Of a DNA stretch of 64,000 nt, positions 27,398 through 38,500 are shown in pieces. The position numbers were made by a program, and so were the translations under genes. The notes beneath the pieces are model-generated. The model was not told the DNA's origin. It made no database searches and was given only the letters and a program-made list of their open reading frames with translations. Location of the stretch: contig CAYJGF010000006.1 of NCBI GenBank assembly GCA_964369965.1, positions 2,321 to 66,320 of the forward strand, given 5' to 3'. Every line of letters starts with the position of its first letter. Position 1 is the stretch's first letter. Source of the stretch: an uncultured Oscillospiraceae bacterium. Its GTDB lineage: Bacteria > Bacillota > Clostridia > Oscillospirales > Ruminococcaceae.

Positions 27398-28615
27398 ATG
27401 GATATAAGAAGTATTGACGGCGGTGTTTGCGCCCCGAGTGGGTTTTGCGCCTCCGGCGTACACTGCGGTATCAGAAAAAATAAGACAAAGTTGGACTTGG
27501 CGCTAATCTACTCTAAGGCGCGTTGCAGTGCGGCTGCGGTCTACACCCAAAACAAGGTGGCGGGCGCGCCCATCACCGTGACAAAGCAAAACATTGCAGA
27601 CGGCTATGCCAAAGCGGTCATCTGCAACAGCGGCAACGCAAACACCTGCAACGCCGACGGGGTGGAAAAGGCGACACTCACCTGCAACGCCCTCGCCGAA
27701 AGGCTCGATATCAAGCCGGATGAGGTGATTGTCGCCTCGACCGGAGTTATTGGTCAACCGCTGAATGTCAAGGCTATCCTCGACGGAATTCCCTCGCTTA
27801 TAGAGGCGTTATCGGACAGTGACGAGACCGCCGCCGAGGCTATACTCACCACCGACTTTGTGAAAAAAGAGATTGCTGTCGAGTTTACCCTCGGTGGCAA
27901 ACCATGTCGTATAGGCGGCATCGCCAAGGGAAGCGGCATGATACACCCCAACATGGCGACCATGCTCTGCTTTCTCACCACCGACGCGGCAATAACGCCC
28001 GAAATGTTGCAAAATGCCCTATCCGACGCGGTGGGTGACAGCTTTAACATGGTCAGCGTGGACGGCGACACCTCCACCAACGACATGGTATCGATAATGG
28101 CGAACGGCAAGGCAAAAAACGCCGAAATCAAAACCAAAGATGACGAGTATAAAACATTTTATCGTGCTCTGCTACAGCTGTGCATCATGCTATGTCGCAT
28201 GGTCGCAAGGGATGGCGAGGGCGCGACAAAACTGCTGGAGTGCACCGTCAACGGCGCCGCCTCAAACGCCGTTGCAAAACCGGTTGCAAAGTCGGTCATC
28301 ACCTCCAGTCTTTTCAAGGCGGCAATGTTCGGTGAGGACGCAAACTGGGGCAGAATTCTCTGTGCGATAGGCTACGCCGACGCGGAGTTTGACATCAACC
28401 GTGTGTCGGTCGCACTGCGCTCCGAACGCGGCATGGTCAAGGTCTGTGAGGGCGGTGCCGGCATAGATTTTTCCGAAGAAAAGGCGGCTGAAGTTCTATC
28501 CTCCGACGAAATACACATCGAGGTATCACTCGGTGACGGTGACGGCTCCGCAACGGCATGGGGCTGTGATTTGAGCTATGATTATGTCAAGATAAATGGG
28601 GATTATAGGACATAG
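27398..28615 (+). CDS. argJ: Bifunctional ornithine acetyltransferase / N-acetylglutamate synthase
   Basis: GIAKGSGMIHPNMATMLCFLTTD self-cleavage site region. 405 aa. Confidence 0.93.
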   Translation: MDIRSIDGGVCAPSGFCASGVHCGIRKNKTKLDLALIYSKARCSAAAVYTQNKVAGAPITVTKQNIADGYAKAVICNSGNANTCNADGVEKATLTCNALAERLDIKPDEVIVASTGVIGQPLNVKAILDGIPSLIEALSDSDETAAEAILTTDFVKKEIAVEFTLGGKPCRIGGIAKGSGMIHPNMATMLCFLTTDAAITPEMLQNALSDAVGDSFNMVSVDGDTSTNDMVSIMANGKAKNAEIKTKDDEYKTFYRALLQLCIMLCRMVARDGEGATKLLECTVNGAASNAVAKPVAKSVITSSLFKAAMFGEDANWGRILCAIGYADAEFDINRVSVALRSERGMVKVCEGGAGIDFSEEKAAEVLSSDEIHIEVSLGDGDGSATAWGCDLSYDYVKINGDYRT

Positions 28616-28745
28616 TTACAAACTGTAGGGGCGACCTGTGGTCGTCCGTTTAGGTGATACGTATAATCGACCGGTTGATTGCAGGGGTGACGAACATGCA
28701 TTCGGACGAGCGAAGCTCGCCCCTACAACCACCACACAAAGGAAA
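28616..28745. repeat. Intergenic structured repeat, copy E, inside the arg operon
   Basis: 10-bp inverted repeat GTAGGGGCGA (28625..28634) / TCGCCCCTAC (28717..28726), an inner CGAGC-gaa-GCTCG hairpin, and the CCCCTACAACC core. Confidence 0.75.
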
Positions 28746-28758
28746 GGACACAAAAATA

Positions 28759-29619
28759 TTGAACAATCTCTCCGACCTGTCAAGGGCACAGGTTTTAATC
28801 GAGGCACTGCCTTATATACAACGTTATCGCGGCAAGACGGTGGTCATAAAATACGGTGGCAACGCGATGACCTCCGATACTTTAAAAGCGGCGGTGATGG
28901 AGGACATCATTCTTTTATCGCTGATGGGTGTGCGTATCGTGCTGGTGCACGGTGGCGGACCCGAGATAACCGAGGCGCTCACTCGTATGCAGATTGAGAG
29001 CCGTTTTGTGGACGGTCTGCGATACACCGATGCCGAGACTGCCGAGGTGGTGCAGATGGTGCTCGCCGGCAAGCTGTCGAAAGAGTTGGTCTACCTTATT
29101 CAGCGCAGTGGCGGCAAGGCGCTTGGGCTTTGCGGTCTCGACGGCGGCATGATATCCGCCAAAAAGCACAAAGGCGCAAGCGACCTCGGATTTGTCGGCG
29201 ACATCACAAAGGTCAATACCGAGCCAATAATTGATGCGCTGAATTGTGGCTATATTCCGGTCATTGCGACCGTCGCCGGTGACAGCAAAGGCAATGTATA
29301 CAATATAAATGCCGACACCGCCGCCTCCGGCATTGCGAGTGCGCTCGGGGCGGAGAGCTTTATACTGATGACCGATATCAAAGGTCTTTTAGAGAACAAG
29401 GACGACGAGAACACACTGATTCCGGTCGTGAGCGTGAGCGACGTCCCCCATCTCATCAAACGTGGCATCATCTCGGGCGGCATGATACCGAAGATAGAAT
29501 GCTGTGTCGAGGCGGTTCGCCGTGGAGTTAAAAGGACGTTTATCTTGGACGGCAGAGAGCCGCACTCCATCTTGGTGGAAATACTGTCCGACAAGGGCAG
29601 CGGCACCATGTTTTATTAA
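28759..29619 (+). CDS. argB: Acetylglutamate kinase
   Basis: VLIEALPYIQRYRGKTVVIKYGGNAM. A TTG start at 28759 follows the AAGGAAAGGA RBS. The ORF-track start at 28654 would translate the repeat element. Confidence 0.88.
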   Translation: MNNLSDLSRAQVLIEALPYIQRYRGKTVVIKYGGNAMTSDTLKAAVMEDIILLSLMGVRIVLVHGGGPEITEALTRMQIESRFVDGLRYTDAETAEVVQMVLAGKLSKELVYLIQRSGGKALGLCGLDGGMISAKKHKGASDLGFVGDITKVNTEPIIDALNCGYIPVIATVAGDSKGNVYNINADTAASGIASALGAESFILMTDIKGLLENKDDENTLIPVVSVSDVPHLIKRGIISGGMIPKIECCVEAVRRGVKRTFILDGREPHSILVEILSDKGSGTMFY

Positions 29620-29640
29620 TATGTAGAAAGGGACATTATA

Positions 29641-30873
29641 ATGTCATATAATGAATTAAAATCCAACGATGAAAAATATGTGGTCGGCAACTACGCGAGA
29701 TTTGATCTTTGCATCGACCACGGTAAAAAGTCCACATGCTACGACTTAGAGGGCAACGAATATATCGACTTCACCACCGGCATCGGCGTCAACAGCCTCG
29801 GCTTTTGTGACGACGGTTGGGTCATGGCGGTCACCAAACAGGCGGCGGCGTTAAATCACGTCTCCAACCTATACTACACCTCGCCCGGCACCGACCTTGC
29901 AAAACTGCTTAGCGCTCGCACCGGTTGCGACAAGGTCTTTTTTGCCAACTCCGGTGCGGAGGCTAACGAGGGCGCAATCAAGGCGGCACGCAAATACTCC
30001 TTTGATAAGTACGGCAAGGACCGCAATGTCATAATCACACTGAACGGCTCGTTCCACGGCAGGACGGTGACGACCCTCGCCGCCACCGGTCAGGACGCAT
30101 ACCACGACTTCTTTTTCCCCTTTACCGAGGGTTTTGTGCACATCGAGCCAAACGACACCGCCGCATTGGACGCGGCACTCGGCAAGGATGTCTGCGCCGT
30201 CATGTTGGAGTTTGTCCAGGGTGAGGGCGGTGTGCGCAAGCTCAGTGACGAGTTTGTCAAGGAGGTTGCAAAACTCTGCGCCGAACGTGACATATTACTG
30301 ATTGCGGACGAGGTGCAGACCGGCGTCGGCAGGACCGGCACATTTTTAGCATCGGAGCAGTTCGGCGTCACCCCCGACATAACCACCCTTGCAAAGGGTC
30401 TCGGCGGAGGTCTGCCCATCGGTGCAATACTTTTTAATGAAAAGACAGGCGGTGTGCTCACCCCCGGCACCCACGGCACCACCTACGGCGCGAACCCCAT
30501 CGCCTGCGCGGCGGCGTACTACACCGTCAACACCATAGACACCGCCCTCATGAACGAGGTCAAGGTCAAATCCGGCTATATAAGAGCGCGCCTTGAAAAG
30601 ATGAAAAATGTCATCGTCGTCGACGGTCTCGGCATGATGGTAGGCTTTGAAGTGAGCGATCAATTTAAACCGGCAGAGCTGGTCAAGGCGGCGATGGAAA
30701 AGGGGTTGCTCCTGCTCACCGCAAAGGACAGGGTGCGGCTACTGCCTGCGCTCAACATTCCAAAAGCATCGTTAGAGCGCGGTATGGATATCCTTGCCGA
30801 GCTGTTAAAAGGCAGTGAAGAGGCGACTATCGAGGAGAAAAGCACAACTTCAAAAAAGGAGAAAAAGAAATAG
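29641..30873 (+). CDS. argD: Acetylornithine aminotransferase
   Basis: Class-III aminotransferase: NSGAEANEGAIK, DEVQTGVGRTG, TLAKGLGGG (PLP Lys). It carries a Lys-rich C-terminal tail. Confidence 0.9.
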   Translation: MSYNELKSNDEKYVVGNYARFDLCIDHGKKSTCYDLEGNEYIDFTTGIGVNSLGFCDDGWVMAVTKQAAALNHVSNLYYTSPGTDLAKLLSARTGCDKVFFANSGAEANEGAIKAARKYSFDKYGKDRNVIITLNGSFHGRTVTTLAATGQDAYHDFFFPFTEGFVHIEPNDTAALDAALGKDVCAVMLEFVQGEGGVRKLSDEFVKEVAKLCAERDILLIADEVQTGVGRTGTFLASEQFGVTPDITTLAKGLGGGLPIGAILFNEKTGGVLTPGTHGTTYGANPIACAAAYYTVNTIDTALMNEVKVKSGYIRARLEKMKNVIVVDGLGMMVGFEVSDQFKPAELVKAAMEKGLLLLTAKDRVRLLPALNIPKASLERGMDILAELLKGSEEATIEEKSTTSKKEKKK

Positions 30874-31794
30874 ATGAAACATCTTTTAAAACTAAGCGAT
30901 CTCACCGGCGAACAGATCATTGAGCTGTTGAACCTCGCCGATCAGCTGAAATATCAACAAAAACACGGCATTTCACACCGCCATTTAGAGGGCAAGACGC
31001 TCGGCATGATCTTCCAAAAGTCCTCCACACGCACACGAGTATCGTTTGAGGTGGGCATGTATCAGCTTGGGGGCTATGCACTGTTTTTATCGTCAAATGA
31101 CCTGCAAATTGGGCGTGGTGAGCCGGTATGCGACACCGCACGCGTGCTCTCGCGCTATCTTGACGGCATAATGATAAGGACTTTCGAGCAGTCGGAGGTG
31201 GAACAGCTCGCCGAGTTCGGCAGTATCCCCATCATCAACGGGCTTACCGACTATTCCCACCCCTGCCAAATACTCGCCGACCTAATGACTGTTCGGGAGT
31301 ATAAAGGTCATCTCGACGGGCTCAAACTCTGTTATATAGGCGACGGCAACAACATGGCGAACTCACTTATTATCGGTGGGCTAAAGGTTGGTATGTCGGT
31401 CGGCATTGCCACCCCGAAAGGCTATGAGCCGGCGAAAGAAGTTATGGCGTTCGCATCGGGGTACGACTGTTTTGAGTTTTCCAACGACCCGAAAATCGCC
31501 ACAAAAGACGCCGACGTGGTCATCACCGACGTCTGGGCATCGATGGGGCAGGAGCAGGAGGCGCAGGAGCGTCGAGTACACTTCAACGGTTTCCAGATCA
31601 ACGAGGAGCTGATGGCGCTCGCAAAACCGGACGCGATGGTGCTACACTGCCTGCCGGCACACCGCGAGGAGGAGATAACTGCCGAGGTGTTCGAAAAACA
31701 CGCGGACGAGATCTTTGACGAGGCGGAAAATCGCCTCCACGCCCAAAAGGCTGTGCTGGTCAAACTGCTCGCAAACGAGGATATAATCGACTAA
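30874..31794 (+). CDS. argF: Ornithine carbamoyltransferase
   Basis: FQKSSTRTRVSFE carbamoyl-phosphate motif, HCLPA. 306 aa. Confidence 0.93.
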   Translation: MKHLLKLSDLTGEQIIELLNLADQLKYQQKHGISHRHLEGKTLGMIFQKSSTRTRVSFEVGMYQLGGYALFLSSNDLQIGRGEPVCDTARVLSRYLDGIMIRTFEQSEVEQLAEFGSIPIINGLTDYSHPCQILADLMTVREYKGHLDGLKLCYIGDGNNMANSLIIGGLKVGMSVGIATPKGYEPAKEVMAFASGYDCFEFSNDPKIATKDADVVITDVWASMGQEQEAQERRVHFNGFQINEELMALAKPDAMVLHCLPAHREEEITAEVFEKHADEIFDEAENRLHAQKAVLVKLLANEDIID

Positions 31795-31814
31795 ATTTTG
31801 AGAGGAACAAGGAC

Positions 31815-33752
31815 ATGAAAGAGAAATTTTATATTACCACCCCCATCTATTACCCGTCCGATAAACTGCATATCGGTCATGCCTACTGCACCGTCATGGC
31901 GGACGCGGTGGCACGGTATCATAGGATGTGTGGCAAGGATGTCCTTTTCCTGACCGGCACCGACGAGCACGGCAAGAAGATAGAGGACCGCGCGGCAGAC
32001 AAGGGAGTCACGCCAAAGCAGTATGTGGACGAAATTGTCGCCGGCATTAAGGACTTATGGAAGTTGATGAACGTCAGCTACGACCGTTTTATCCGCACCA
32101 CCGACGACTACCACGAGCAATCGGTCGCGAAAATATTTAAAAAGCTGTACGACAACGGCGATATCTATAAGGATAGGTACGAGGGGCACTACTGCAAGCC
32201 GTGCGAGAGTTTTTGGACAAAAACACAGCTTGTCGAGGAGAAATGTCCCGACTGCTCCGGCGATGTCACCCTCGAAAGTGAGGAGGCATATTTCTTCCGC
32301 CAAAGCAAATACGCCGATCGCCTGCTTGAACTGTACGAGCAAAACCCGACCTTTATCCAACCGAACACGCGCAAAAACGAGATGGTGTCCTTTATCAAAC
32401 AGGGGCTTAGTGACCTTTGTGTTTCCCGCACTTCGGTCAAATGGGGCATACCGGTGGACTTTGATCCAACACACACCGTATATGTCTGGATTGATGCGCT
32501 AACCAACTATATCAACGCCCTCGGATACGAGAATAAGGAGTATTCCGATTTTGAGCGTTACTGGCCTGCCGAGTTGCATCTTGTCGGCAAAGAGATACTG
32601 CGCTTTCATGCAATTATCTGGCCGTCAATATTGATGGCGCTTGATCTGCCACTGCCAAAACAAGTTTACGGTCATGGTTGGTTGCTTTTTTCCGGTGGCA
32701 AGATGAGCAAGTCCAAGGGCAATGTCATCGACCCCGGTATCCTTTGTGAGCGATATTCCGTCGATGCGATACGCTACTTTTTACTGCGCGAGGTGGCCTT
32801 TGGCAGTGATGGTGAGTTCTCTAACGAGGCTTTATTTGCTCGAATTAATCAGGACCTCGCCAACGACCTCGGCAATCTGCTCTCACGCACAGTGTCCATG
32901 CAGATGAAATACTTCGGCGGCACACTGCCGAGCGAGCAGTGCGGCGGCGACGAGGACGAGGAACTGTTGCAAAAGATGAAAAACGTCGCTCAAAATGTCG
33001 AAAAGGCGATGGAGCTCCACAACATGCCGGAGGCACTCGGCGCGATCTTTGAGGTGGTCGGCAGTGCCAACCGCTATATCGATAAAACCTCCCCTTGGGC
33101 ACTCGCCAAGGAGGAGGCAAACAAACCGCGTCTTGCACGGGTGATGTACAACCTCGGTGAAGCACTTCGCCACGTCGGTGTACTGCTCTCGCCGTTTATG
33201 CCGGACGCATCGGTCAAGATACTCGGGGCGCTCTCGCTCACCCCCGAGTTGGGCGGTGGCAACTATGCGACACTGTCCTGTGCACTTGCGCCGGACTTTA
33301 CCGCCGTGCAGATACCGGCGCTCTTCCCGAGGATTGACATTGAAATGGAGCTGGCGGCGTTAGAGGAGCATCTGCCCAAAAAAGCGGTTGAGAAAAAACC
33401 TGCCAAGGTAGAAACACCCGTCAAACCGGACGAAATTTCATTTGACGATTTTATGAAGTGCCACCTTATCTGCGCCGAGGTCAAGGCGTGCGACAAGGTT
33501 AAAGGTGCGGACAAGCTGTTGCAACTTACCCTGTTTGACGGTGAGCGGGAGCGCAGTGTCGTCTCCGGCATAGCACAGTTTTATACCGCCGAGGAGCTTA
33601 TCGGCAAAAAAATAGCGCTGGTCGCCAACCTGAAGCCGGCGAAACTGCGCGGTGTTTTAAGCGAGGGCATGATTCTCGCCGCCGACAACGGTGACGATGT
33701 GGAGGTGCTGTTCCTGCCAAAAGATTTGCCCTGTGGGAGTAGGATCAGATAG
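31815..33752 (+). CDS. metG: Methionine--tRNA ligase with a C-terminal tRNA-binding (EMAP/Trbp111-like) domain
   Basis: YYPSDKLHIGHAY (HIGH), KMSKSKGN, a Cys4 knuckle CKPCESF...CPDCSG, and a C-terminal VVSGIAQFY...LKPAKLRGVLSEGMIL. Confidence 0.95.
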   Translation: MKEKFYITTPIYYPSDKLHIGHAYCTVMADAVARYHRMCGKDVLFLTGTDEHGKKIEDRAADKGVTPKQYVDEIVAGIKDLWKLMNVSYDRFIRTTDDYHEQSVAKIFKKLYDNGDIYKDRYEGHYCKPCESFWTKTQLVEEKCPDCSGDVTLESEEAYFFRQSKYADRLLELYEQNPTFIQPNTRKNEMVSFIKQGLSDLCVSRTSVKWGIPVDFDPTHTVYVWIDALTNYINALGYENKEYSDFERYWPAELHLVGKEILRFHAIIWPSILMALDLPLPKQVYGHGWLLFSGGKMSKSKGNVIDPGILCERYSVDAIRYFLLREVAFGSDGEFSNEALFARINQDLANDLGNLLSRTVSMQMKYFGGTLPSEQCGGDEDEELLQKMKNVAQNVEKAMELHNMPEALGAIFEVVGSANRYIDKTSPWALAKEEANKPRLARVMYNLGEALRHVGVLLSPFMPDASVKILGALSLTPELGGGNYATLSCALAPDFTAVQIPALFPRIDIEMELAALEEHLPKKAVEKKPAKVETPVKPDEISFDDFMKCHLICAEVKACDKVKGADKLLQLTLFDGERERSVVSGIAQFYTAEELIGKKIALVANLKPAKLRGVLSEGMILAADNGDDVEVLFLPKDLPCGSRIR

Positions 33753-35586
33753 CGGAAGATGTTACGGCATAAACATGATATCCCCCATCGCTGAAAAGAG
33801 GTGTAAGATCTTCATCCTCGACCGGCTCCCCCTCCAACAAAATATAATCCACCAAAAGGCTCGACAGTATATCATGTCGGGCCTTTTCTGATAGGGCTGT
33901 ATCAAAAACCTCCTGTCGAGAAGGTGTACAGACGCGCCCCGACATAGCCGAGACAAACTCCTCCCCACCCTGAACATTGCTCATTATCATGGAGGAATTT
34001 TCGGTATTGTCGCGGATAAACTTGAGCGCACCGTGCATGGTCGGGTCAAACATCTGCTGTTCTTCATATTCGACATAACCGAAATTTTGCAGCTGTGTGA
34101 GCACACCACCGTACATCACTGCCCCGATATTAAAGATACCGAAAAGACAGGATATTCCGATAAATGCCATCGCCGTCACGCTTTTTTTGCGAGCAAAGGC
34201 GCGAAAGACGTTTATCGCACCGCTCAACAGGACGAGAGTTACCAACACCTTGTAACCGCCCTCAATCAAAAAAGCACCACATAGCGCGAGGGTGAAGGTC
34301 AACAGGAAAAGCAGTCTTAAATAGCCACTGATTTTTATATTTTTCAAGGTTTTGACCCCTTGCGAGACACTCGGAAAGAGGAATGGGAACAAGATGAATA
34401 ATATGCTCAATATCACCGTTATCGGGAACATTATGTTATAAAGCAAAACCGAAACGGTGTAACTCTCACGCAACAGCCCATCAAACAGACCGCTCATCTT
34501 GAACTGCTCACATGGCGCTATATTATAAATATAATCATGGCAGAGCGTGAAAAACAGACCGAATAAAATTATCAGCGCAAGATACACACGCAGATAAAAT
34601 CGTTTTGTGACGGTATAAAGGACGGCAATTATGAACTGGGCAACCAACAAAAACAGCGCATATAAAGGCTCCGACAGGCAAAGCACCAGATAGCACAGTA
34701 GCATCGGCAGGAGTGACAACAGCCATGACGACACACCGCCGTTCACCTTTGCGGATATGCCGGCGAGGGCGATGATGTTTGCTATCATCAGCGTTAATAT
34801 AAAACAAAATTCACCCGATAAAAGCAACTGTTCGCTCGCGAAAAAGCCATTATCGAATATCGGCAGGACTAGCGGCGATGCAAAGAGGAATAAGAGCGTT
34901 GACAGCAGGGCGCGGTGTCGGTTTTTAAGGTATCGGTCGGTAAGCGAGTAGACCGATACCGCGGTGCATATTAAGAATACGAGAGGCAGATAAAACGCGG
35001 CTATATCATAGAGCGGTAGACCGAACAAATGCCCGACAGCGGCAACTATAAGGTCATAAACCTCGCCGGTGAATAGCCGCTCGGCGATAAACGAGTCGCT
35101 CGGCAGTAATAAAACCGCGTCGGAGATGTCTTTGTATAGCTTTTCATCGGCAAAGGGTACCGGCGCGAAGTTTGGTAGTGCAACCCTCGGCAGGGTGCAG
35201 AGCGCGAACACAAGCCCCACAAAGGACAACAAAAGTCCATGCCGATGAATTTCGGGGCGATATTCACCGCCATACAGTTTAAAAAGCCCCATTGCACCTA
35301 TCAGTGGCGGTACACCGTAGAAAACGGCGCTTATGCCGCTTAGCAAAAATACGATATAGCAGGACAAAAACACAACAAACCCGAGCGCAAACGCCGTCGG
35401 AATAAAATGCTCTTTGATATTGCAGTTAAGGCAGATGTAAACACCCGGCAACAAAACATAGAGCAAAAGCCCCACAGCAACGCTCACCATCGCAATCACC
35501 GAGCCGCCATTCCATAAAACAGCACAGCAAAGGACGAGGGCGCAGGCAATAAATATGCTTTTTTTGCGCAGGATTTTGTCAATCAT
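33745..35586 (-). CDS. Large polytopic membrane protein (about 14 TM helices) with a C-terminal soluble domain, unknown function
   Basis: 613 aa, hydrophobic throughout residues 1..470. The start overlaps the addA stop (ATGA-type overlap at 35583..35586). Confidence 0.6.
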   Translation of the reverse strand: MIDKILRKKSIFIACALVLCCAVLWNGGSVIAMVSVAVGLLLYVLLPGVYICLNCNIKEHFIPTAFALGFVVFLSCYIVFLLSGISAVFYGVPPLIGAMGLFKLYGGEYRPEIHRHGLLLSFVGLVFALCTLPRVALPNFAPVPFADEKLYKDISDAVLLLPSDSFIAERLFTGEVYDLIVAAVGHLFGLPLYDIAAFYLPLVFLICTAVSVYSLTDRYLKNRHRALLSTLLFLFASPLVLPIFDNGFFASEQLLLSGEFCFILTLMIANIIALAGISAKVNGGVSSWLLSLLPMLLCYLVLCLSEPLYALFLLVAQFIIAVLYTVTKRFYLRVYLALIILFGLFFTLCHDYIYNIAPCEQFKMSGLFDGLLRESYTVSVLLYNIMFPITVILSILFILFPFLFPSVSQGVKTLKNIKISGYLRLLFLLTFTLALCGAFLIEGGYKVLVTLVLLSGAINVFRAFARKKSVTAMAFIGISCLFGIFNIGAVMYGGVLTQLQNFGYVEYEEQQMFDPTMHGALKFIRDNTENSSMIMSNVQGGEEFVSAMSGRVCTPSRQEVFDTALSEKARHDILSSLLVDYILLEGEPVEDEDLTPLFSDGGYHVYAVTSSAI

Positions 35587-38500
35587 ATCTCAACCGCCAC
35601 CTCTTTACCCAAATACAGCGAATATATTATAGCCTCCTTGACCTTTTTTTCAAATCTGCGGTTCAGAGCGGCGGCGTATAGGCGCAGTTGCTCACGGTAT
35701 TGCTCGCCCAATTCCTCCTCGTTACCCCTCGTTGTTTTATAATCCAACAGCACAATGCCGTCCTGCTCCACGAACAAAAGGTCGACTATGCCCTGCAGTA
35801 TGGTGCCGTCCTGCTCCGTTATAAACTCATATTCCCGATAGACCTCATCGGAGCGCAAAATCCTCTTGAAAATCGGGGATGCAAAAAAGGCTCCGAGTGT
35901 CTTGCGGTTGCAAAGCTTTGTTTGTTTTTCTTCCATAAATCCGTGCTCTACAAGCCGTTTTATTTCGGCGGACAGATCCTGCGCCGCCAGTTTTAAGTCA
36001 CACAGTTGTAAAAATGCATGGGTCGCACTGCCGCGCGCCGCGCCGCCACCATCACCGAGAGCAAAGTTCGGGACGGCGACGCTCGGGGGCATCTCCTCCC
36101 TCTCTAACAGCCGTGTCACCGAGCTTTTTATCGGCAGGCGAGTATCCTCTTTGTATCGATATTCAAAGGCAAAAAGTCGGCAAAGCTCAGCGGTGTCCTG
36201 CACATTCATATCCTCGTCAGGGGCATTTTGCGGTGTTGTCGGATCGATAATTATATTTACCGACATGTTAGAAGTATTATCTATAAGTGAAATAAGGACA
36301 TCTTGCGCCAACTCTCGCAATGCGCCACCGTTTGGATGGCAAAGCCCGAAATATAACAGATAGTCCGCAAAACTCCTGCTCCTCGACAGCAGATAGGGCG
36401 TTACCCCACCGACACCAAACAGCGAACATGCGAGCGTGAAAAGCCTCTTTTTATCGGTGGCAACCATGATGTGCAATGCCGTTTTTGCGCGCGTTGTCGC
36501 GACATACAAAAGCCTCATCCTCTCGCTTTGCAGGTCAAGACGGCAGGCAATCGCCGCCGCCTGCCGAAATGGGGTGTCGACAAAACCTCCGTCCTCCTCC
36601 AGCCGTATGCCTATGGAGGTTTTTTCGTGTTGCAGTACCGCGCCGGACAGCTCCCGTACATTAAAGAGCGCGGCGGTGTCGGCGAGTATACAGACAGGGA
36701 ATTCAAGACCCTTTGAGGTGTGGATGGTCATGACGTTTATAACCCCCTCTTGAACATTTGCCTCCCTCTTGTTGCCGTCGGTGCGTGCGAGAGCGAGGTT
36801 TAGCCGCCGCACAAACCCGACAAGTCCCCCCTGCCCTACGTTGTCGTAAGCGAGTGCCATATCCTCAATTGTTCTTATAGCCGCCGCTGCGCCGTGTGAC
36901 ATGGCACTGCATATGACATAGGCGCCGAGGCGTTCATATATAACCTGCAAAAGCGCACGCACCGACACACCTGCCGCGATGCGACGCAGTTCAAACAGTT
37001 CCGCTATAAAGTCGCGAAGCCGTTCATTTTCACCGCACGCCATTGCCAAAATCAATCTCTCTTTGCGCCCACGGGTGAGCGGTGCTATATCGTCGGTACT
37101 AAATCCGGCGAGGGGTGATAATAAAACAGCGGTCAAATCCACCTCGGAAAAGGGGTTTGCAAGCAGCCGCAACAGGGCGATTAACGGCATTGTGCCCACC
37201 TCGTCGGCAAGCCTTGTATCCCCTACGGTGCCGCTTTTCATGCGGGCATCACTCAAAGCCTTTGCATAGAGTGCCACCGATTTATTGGTCGGGAGTAGCA
37301 CACAGATATCCTCCGGCGGTGTGTCGCTGTCAATCAACTCTTTGCACTTTGCTACCACCGCCGCACGGTCGTCGTCACACATCACCGCGTTAAAACTCAC
37401 ACCTGCGCCGATTACCTCATCTGTCCTGCCGGGATTGAGCCGATTGTGCTCGTCATAGTCCACACCGCCTATCGGACGGGACATCAAAAGCCCAAAAAGG
37501 TCGTTGACAGCGCCGATAACCTCATGGGTGCTACGGTAGTTATCGGCAAGATATATCACCTGTGACTCGTCGGAGTTCTCACAGTTTAAAACACGGTTTG
37601 CAAAGATATCAGGGCGCGCGGAGTTGAAGCCGTAGATGCTCTGTTTAACGTCACCCACCATAAAAAGCGCGCCGTGATTGTCCCCGACAATGCTGTGATA
37701 GATATAGTCGGCAATCGGGTTTGTGTCCTGATACTCGTCCACCATGACCGCAAAATATCGCTCCCCTATGCCAAGCTCATCTATCTTTAAGAGTTTTAGT
37801 GTCATGTGTTGCAGGTCATAAAAGTCAAAACATGCCGCCTCTTTTTTAAGTGAAAACAGACGCTCATGGTAATACTTTGTCGCCCTACACAGTCCTGAGA
37901 CGAGGCGATAGTGCCGTTTTGTACGCTCATTTTGGGTGTTTACATCCTCTAAAAAATAGCTCTCATATATCGAGCTTGCAATCTCCTTGGCATCATCACG
38001 GAGTTGCTTTATAATGTCTTTAGTCTCGGGGGCGATATTTTTCCCCGGCACAAAGCGCGCGAACAACCTCTCACCGCGCGACGAGAACATCTGCCGTATC
38101 TCACTGTATCCCCCTGCGCGTGCAAGCCGTGCAAGCTCCCCCACAAAGAAAAGGTCATCGCTAAGCACCGACAGCGCGCCGGTCGAAACACCGCCATCTT
38201 TTGCAAGCTCGTGCGCTTTTTTCAGTAACTGTTTGGCATTTTCAAAGGCATCGGCGGCGTAGTTAAATATCATTATGCCGGCAGGTGTCACGCCGAGAAT
38301 GTCCGGTTTTGTCGCCTCCTGCAAGCGATCTAAATATTCTATCGGCTTAGGCTGACTAATCATGCCACGGTGTAACATTTTTATCGCATTTTCCGCATCA
38401 ATTAAACTACGCGGATTGGCAAAACCCCTTGCAAACTCTTCAAAGTCGATATCGCTCAACATCTCGTTTAACGTCTCACCCATCGCCTCACCCTCGATGA

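Noticed and set aside
28654-28758. Upstream extension of argB, and the 63-aa minus ORF 28616..28807 (ends ...TTGRPYSL)
   Set aside because: Both are translations of repeat copy E, not genes. Similar pseudo-ORFs arise at other copies (51185..51388, 7905..8111).
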